A DNA stretch of 64,000 bases, taken from positions 80,910,001 through 80,974,000 of the forward strand of contig OX597826.1 in assembly GCA_951406725.2 (NCBI GenBank), given 5' to 3'. This document shows, piece after piece, positions 59,001 through 64,000 of this stretch. This DNA comes from Octopus vulgaris. Its lineage: Eukaryota. The translations under genes were made by a program, and so were the position numbers. Every line of letters begins with the position of its first letter. Position 1 is the first letter of the stretch. The notes under the pieces were generated by a model. The model made no database searches. It was given only the letters and a program-made list of their open reading frames with translations, and was not told the origin of the DNA.

Positions 59001-59956
59001 ATCGAATTTTAAATATTCTAGTGCTTTAACTAACCAAATAAATTGGATCATTATAGTGTAAAAAGTACTCGTTTCAATACAATATTTCTTGCTTATACAA
59101 ATATAAAACTTGAAGATTTTTTCTTTTTCTTTTTGGTCATGAGAAACAGAGAGATATGATGTCCGTGATAGAATATTTTGGTCAGTTTAGAATGGGCCTA
59201 CGTATCTGACAAAGTAGGGAGAACCACGTTTATTATGGGAGAAGGAATGCGATTCAAAGAAGATTCTGAAATAACATGAATGAACGTTTTTGAATATTTT
59301 TTTAGTTAAAAATGAAGAAAGAATGATCTAAATTTTTATTTTCAATTATTATTCCATAACTACGGAATCCTCTTTTCTCTTCTAATTTCGAACCTTTTTA
59401 ACGAGTAACGGATTTTCCCTTTTAAAATGTTGGGGTTTGCTTTTTTTTCTTGTCTTGCTAAGCACTGAAATTTAATATTTCAGCAGAGAGGAAACCTAAA
59501 TTCATACGATTTATGATTTTCTCAATCAAGTTGAAGACTAAAATGAAATAGATTGTTCCAATCAAGAAATGAAATATCAGTTTACGAGTTCAACCCATCT
59601 ATCTTTACACAAAGTATCATTTATAATGGATGCAACTTCGCCACTGTAGGCAGTGGGAGCCATGTGTAACTAACGAGTGTTAATTAACATGCAATGTCGA
59701 TTTCCTATGGTGGGCTGATCAAGACAAGAAACTTCACTTTTATTTTCCCAAATATACACAAGAACTTGTAGGATCACAGACAGTTCAATCTAAAGACAAC
59801 ACCAGCGATATAAAGCCACATCTGATCATATTCGAAGGACAACATCCAAACAAAAGTTGGGTGATGACCGCGCACCTGGCGATGTTTACATTTTCCTACT
59901 CATCACACAACACTGACCACGTTGGGTTCGTGTGTTCGGCAAGAAACACTCGCCAT
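49370..59956 (-). CDS. WDR55: WD repeat-containing protein 55 (nucleolar WD40 protein); 7 coding exons, about 457 aa
   Basis: Exons join in phase (1374 nt). Peptides HHKKSCRCIQFSSDG, LASGDDDGTVKVWDLR, LLAASGEGTLTALN, VVCGTGEGVLNLFNW, DRFPGHP, LASCSHDQTVKFW and DDFFAD are characteristic of WDR55. Confidence 0.93.
51346..51515 (-). CDS. WDR55: WDR55 exon 6
   Basis: tgtag|AAT GGG...GTC AG|gtaagt; NGRKVVCGTGEG...DRFPGHPMSIDC...TGSLDGAVR. Confidence 0.94.
52130..52375 (+). mobile_element. RTE (Expander/Rex3-like) 3' remnant
   Basis: Degenerate ILHTKPTGRKP...RWLDDI...LG followed by GAAAATGGATGGAT tail. Confidence 0.55.
52652..52858 (-). CDS. WDR55: WDR55 exon 5
   Basis: tgtag|GTG TGG GAT...ATT AAG|gtaatt; VWDLR...LLAASGEGTL...QSELFDSELLSVAIIK. 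Confidence 0.94.
53630..53702 (-). CDS. WDR55: WDR55 exon 4
   Basis: tccag|G TCA...GTT AAG|gtaact; SAIYSLLLLGDHFLASGDDDGTVK. Confidence 0.93.
55058..55243 (-). CDS. WDR55: WDR55 exon 3
   Basis: tgcag|G CAT TCC...CAC GA|gtaagt; HHKKSCRCIQFSSDGTILYSGSKDKS. Confidence 0.93.
57068..57177 (-). CDS. WDR55: WDR55 exon 2
   Basis: tttag|GCA GAT...TCT CT|gtaaat; DVCFNPVKDVIAAAHIGGDVS. Confidence 0.88.
59918..59956 (-). CDS. WDR55: WDR55 probable first coding exon
   Basis: gaaATGG start context; MASVSCRTHEPNV then phase-0 donor GTG|gtcagt, matching the phase of the next exon; lies in a CpG-enriched stretch. Confidence 0.7.
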
Positions 59957-60256
59957 TTCAGACTAGACACAATAACTAAATCGCAATGAGACATTTGAAA
60001 CACGAGTGTTATTTCTCCAATAAAATAACGAATTAAGTTTTACGAGAACAGATCTTCGTTGCCCTCAACACGTGGACCCAAGACGACGATCACACATGCA
60101 GATATATATACAAAGATCAACGTGTATTGCATACATTCACATCTGTAAAAATTATGTAGACTAATGTTGTTATATATGTTACACAGGTAATATGTATATG
60201 ACCATCACCGTTAAAGAAAGTATAGATATTATATTGTGAGCGTACCTGAGACGTTG
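59957..60256. promoter_or_regulatory. Putative bidirectional promoter region
   Basis: CpG-enriched, repeat-free 300 bp between the WDR55 ATG (-) and a + strand ATG...GTAAGT exon; CACGTG at 60069-60074. Confidence 0.45.
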
Positions 60257-60309
60257 ATGGATCGGCCATCGTTGCTGCAAAGGAAAACAAGTGCTTCTTT
60301 CACCAACGA
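60257..60309 (+). CDS. Putative first exon of an unidentified divergent gene
   Basis: ATG GAT CGG...AAC GA|gtaagt (MDRPSLLQRKTSASFTN-); consensus donor; no downstream exon recognised in the window. Confidence 0.4.
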
Positions 60310-60460
60310 GTAAGTTGGCGGTAAAATACGGAACAGGCACTGACTAGGCGAAACGAAATTAAAGCTATATTTTTTTTTTTTTTTCACTTTTGTGTTATTT
60401 TCACTTCTTAATAATTTACGATTCCGTTCATTAAAATGCATGAAAATTCAAATTTTTTTA

Positions 60461-60622
60461 CTGTGGCCATGCTGGGGCACCACATTGAAGAATTTTTAGT
60501 TGAACGTATCGATGCCAGAATTCTTTTTATTTTCCCTTGATGTAGTTATTAGGATGTGGCCATGCTGGGGTACCATACCACCTTGAAGAATTTTCAGTCG
60601 AATGTATCAACGCCAGAAATTT
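60461..60622. repeat. Direct duplication of a SINE fragment
   Basis: TGTGGCCATGCTGGGG.ACCA...TTGAAGAATTTT.AGT.GAA.GTATC...GCCAGAA occurs twice. Confidence 0.75.
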
Positions 60623-60661
60623 TAAATATTTTTACATGTTAATGCAGCATTGTATCCATTA

Positions 60662-60831
60662 TTTGCAAAAATATGGAAGGGGCCAGCAGCTGTAGGGGCA
60701 CTCGGAGCCCTAACAGCCAAGCTTGAGAAATATGTCAAAGAAATTGGAAATGACATGAGAGAAGAGCAAGACCCAAAAACTGCACCCTGCTGGGGACAAC
60801 TGGGATTTTGAGATTGGTTCTTGGGTGCTGA
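60662..60831 (+). mobile_element. 3' remnant of an RLE-type (R4/Dong/NeSL-like) non-LTR retrotransposon
   Basis: KIW...VGALGAL...LEKYVKEIG...KTA, then after a frameshift LLGTTGILRLVL, matching the VGALG...KTALLGT.RILR.VL C-terminal motif. Confidence 0.65.
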
Positions 60832-61699
60832 ATGTCTCCCACAATAATTAACAACCAGCTCCGATTTCCCACCCCTACTTTTTCCTGAACAAATATAGGG
60901 TGTTTGTGGCACATTAGAAGGTCAGGGTACTTGATTCCACACAAAAAATCCAAGGATTTTATTTTTTTGCTTAATGAAACCTGTGCAGGTGTACTTCGCA
61001 AAATTGACTTAAGTTTGTATTTGGAGGGGGAGGAGAAGATGCAGTTGGATCGACAAAAGGATGGGGGGGGGATAACCGTTAATATTTTTGGTAAGCTTGA
61101 GTATAGGTGGTATACAAGGAACTATTTTTAGAGGAGTGGGGGCTTTTATAGCAGTGATACAATTGGGAAATAGGGAACAGTATGTTTGTGGGTCAGAGGG
61201 TGTAATATCCTGGTGAGGGAGTTTGTGCTGTGTGCAGTTAGAAGCAAGGATCTGGGAACAGGAGGTGCTGGTGGTGCACTTGCAACCCCTAAAGTTTTTC
61301 AGAGGTGCAAAATCAAAATTTGTATCCCCTTACATACTTTGCCAGGTTTAGAAAATAGTGTTTAAAAATTGATCTGTAAAAAGTTGCTTGAAGTTAGGTT
61401 TCTTCTCAAAACAACAAAGTACAAAAATGAATTTTTTAAAAAATGACCCCAAGCTGGTCATAAAATTCCCAAGGGAATTCTCTAGAAAGATATATTACTC
61501 AACTAACAGCATGACCAGCAGTAGGGTCACTCCTCAAAACTAGCACAGCTGATGACCTACTAAACTGATGACCTACTAAACTCTGCAATGAAAAGCCCTT
61601 CACCGTCCAACTATCCACATTCTTCGTTTTCTCTGAATACTACAACTGACCCATCATCATCATTGCCATAATATTCTACTGCTACAACCATGACCACTA

Positions 61700-62450
61700 C
61701 TACTGTCACACCTTTCTTAGCCCAAACTTTTTGTTGGCCACAAAGCACAGGCAATTCCCTTGATGGAGTGCTGGATGGAAACTGGTCCCAAGTAGTCACT
61801 TCCCCCACAAGAAGTAATAATACTTTGGACCTGCTTTTTACCTATTTCTTTACTACCCACAAGGGGCTAAACACAGAGAGGACAAACAAGGACAGACAAA
61901 CGGATTAAGTCGATTATATCGACCCCAGTACGTAACTAGTGCTTATTTAATCGACCCCGAAAGGATGAAAGGCAAAGTCGACCTCGGCAGAATTTGAACT
62001 CAGAACGTAGCAGCAGATGAAAAACCGCTAAGCATTTCTTCTGGTGTGCTAACGATTCTGCCAGCTCCTCGCCGCCTTTACCATCTTTTACTATCACTCC
62101 TGAAACTGTTATTGGTGTTGCAATGAAGGAACTTCTAGGTGACTCCGATCATGCTATGACCATTGCCAATCTGTCTCTTATAGGCAGAAACAAGAAAATC
62201 CACCACCACCACCACCTTCAAACCACTCGCTTAGACTGGAACTGTTACCGTAAGGAGTTACGACGCCCAAATTGGTTTGAATTTTACTATTCAGGAGACG
62301 TCAATACTGTTTTTCAAAATATCCTCAGTGCCACCTGGGCTGCATGTGAAGCGGAAGTACCATGCAAACCCTCTAAAAATAAAAACAGTGCAATTTGGAA
62401 GACTGCAGCAGTTCGACTTGCCAGGAAAGATTGTTGTAATTCTGAATAGA
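61700..62450 (+). mobile_element. LINE remnant (APE endonuclease C-terminus) interrupted by a SINE
   Basis: QVVTSPTRSNNTLDLLFT before the SINE and LLGDSDH...DW...L...NW after it give the PTR/LDL/SDH motifs of non-LTR APE domains. Confidence 0.75.
61843..62078 (-). mobile_element. Near full-length tRNA-derived SINE (family B)
   Basis: - strand GAGCTGGCAGAATCGTTAGC...GAGTTCAAATTC...GCCTTTCATCCTTTCGGGGTCGA...TAAAGAAATA; related copies near 20119-20325, 33381-33605, 34335-34520, 42719-42865, 50231-50420, 54588-54740 and 56789-56980. Confidence 0.8.
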
Positions 62451-62654
62451 AACACAGACAGCAGAGAACGGAAGACGATGCAACAGGTCATCCAACCGTC
62501 TCAAGCAAGTGAGAAAAAAGGCAGGGCTTGGGTTTGAACGACATGTAGTAACAGGAGTTTTTCTTTGTAAGTCAAGTACTTATTCTTTTAGTCTCTTTTG
62601 CCAAACCCCTAAGTTACGGGGATGTAAACCACCAACATTGGTTGCTAAGCGATA

Positions 62655-62772
62655 GTGGGGGTACAAACACAAAAACATGACGGGCTTCTTTCAGTTTCCA
62701 TCTACCAAATCCACTTACAAGGCTTTGGTCGACCCGAGGCTGCAGTAGAAGACACTCGCCCAAGGTGCCACA
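62655..62772 (-). mobile_element. tRNA-derived SINE family C fragment
   Basis: GGCACCTTGGGCGAGTGTCTTCTAC...CGACCAAAGCCTTGT.AGTGGATTTGGTAGA.GGAAACTGAAAGAAGCCCG; related copies near 23390-23545, 29262-29398, 37808-37975 and 54213-54350. Confidence 0.7.
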
Positions 62773-63364
62773 CACACACACACAAGAAAAAAGCAACAAA
62801 AATAGATTAGTTTTTCAGTACAATTGTTTCATATGAAGAACAGCTTTATTAAAAGCTGCAAATATTGCAGCAAATACAAGTGTCCCGTATTCATCAGCCA
62901 AAACACATATGAGTTTTCCAAACATCCTCGGGGGTGAGGCTACCCTCATGAAGTATCGAAGAGAGTTCTATAAAAAGCAAATTTAGATTGTAAGCAGACT
63001 TCAAAAGTTCTCTAATGATGCATAGTTTTATAAAAGGTTTTAAAAAAGCTTGTTAGCTTCACAGAAAAGGTAAATCCATCCATAATAATTATGTGAATAT
63101 ATATATATATATATATATATGATCATGAAGATGATGTGTGTGTGTGTGTCTTTCTGTTTGTGTTTGTTCCCCGCCCCTTCACAACTGGTGTTAGTTTCTT
63201 TACATCCCATAACTTAGCAATTCAGCAAAACAGACTGATAGAATAAGTAGAAGACTTTAAGAAGATAAATACTGAGATGAATTTATTTGACCAAACCCTT
63301 GCAAGGTGGCGCCCCAGCATGACTGCAGTCCACAGACTGTAACAAGTCAAACAAATACTAAAGG

Positions 63365-63724
63365 ATGTATGATGGCTGGGAAACACAAGTGAAGAGGAGA
63401 TATGTAGAAGCAACAGAAGACACCTTCAAGTCTAGACTCAACAACCATAAGTCCTCTTTTAACACTCAGAAGAACTGTAATTTTACAACATTGGTGAGAC
63501 ATTTATGGATATTGAAAGAAAATGCTGCACAATATAACATCAACTGGAGTGTGATGCAAAAATGCAGACCGTTCCTCCTCAGTGGTTTGAGGTGCAAATT
63601 TTGCTTGGAGGAGAAAAGGATTATAATGTGGAATTTCTTCTGCCCAGAGAACTGCCTGAACTCTAAAAGCGAAATATTTACCTCTTGTCCTTATGAATGG
63701 AAATATATATCAACCAAGCAGTAA
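63365..63724 (+). mobile_element. Degenerate C-terminal GIY-YIG endonuclease of a Penelope-like retroelement
   Basis: YVEATEDTFKSRLNNHKSSF...TTLVRHLWILK...INWS...CKFCLEEK...LNSKSEI...CPY matches the YxG-T-FK-R-H-SF / CxxCxxEK / LNxRxE / CRH pattern; the 5' side is cut off by a SINE. Confidence 0.8.
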
Positions 63725-63836
63725 AGGTTGGTTTTTGTCACATTAGAAGTCATTTCAGCATAAAAAGGGTTGCTGCTAATTTAGTGTGTGATCTACCACA
63801 GGATCTGTAGTCTACACTGTGAAATGACCTGAATTC

Positions 63837-63942
63837 GGTTAGGATTGGGGTTAGGATTTAGAGTAAGGGTTAAAGATTAGAGTTAGAGTTAGGGTTTAAA
63901 GTTATGGTTAGGGTTAAGGTTTAGGATTTGAGTTAGGGTTAG
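63837..63942 (+). repeat. Degenerate TTAGGG-like hexamer tract
   Basis: About 17 hexamers such as TTAGGG, TTAGGA, TTAGAG, TAAGGG, TTATGG and TTAAGG. Confidence 0.8.
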
Positions 63943-64000
63943 ACGGCACACTAGGTTTGACCAGATACTAAAGTGGCACCAAAAGGTTTTATCTCCCATA

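Noticed and set aside
61550-61582. CTGATGACCTACTAAA duplicated
   Set aside because: A simple 16-bp tandem duplication with no GAAA core or stems.
63837-63942. True chromosome end
   Set aside because: The repeats are highly degenerate, short and followed by unique sequence.

Overview
AT-rich eukaryotic genomic DNA, most likely from an octopus or other coleoid cephalopod (inferred from the repeat families and gene sequences, not proven). It holds two convergent multi-exon genes. On the + strand are the last 24 coding exons of CYFIP/Sra-1 (189-29962, about 1069 aa visible, N-terminus upstream of the window). On the - strand is an apparently complete 7-exon WDR55 (59956-49370, about 457 aa) with a long acidic tail. 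A probable first exon of a third, divergent gene lies about 300 bp from the WDR55 start. Non-coding space is filled with microsatellites, RTE-type LINE 3' ends carrying a modular repeat, at least two tRNA-derived SINE families, APE- and RLE-type LINE remnants and a Penelope-type GIY-YIG remnant next to degenerate TTAGGG repeats. The most notable signal is a short element joining a tRNA-like Pol III head to a minimal type I hammerhead ribozyme, present as two inverted copies at 48.3-48.9 kb. Also notable are a candidate GC-AG intron that keeps the CYFIP frame open for about 85 codons past its stop, and several intronic inverted repeats able to form dsRNA. Most short ORFs in the supplied track are spurious.
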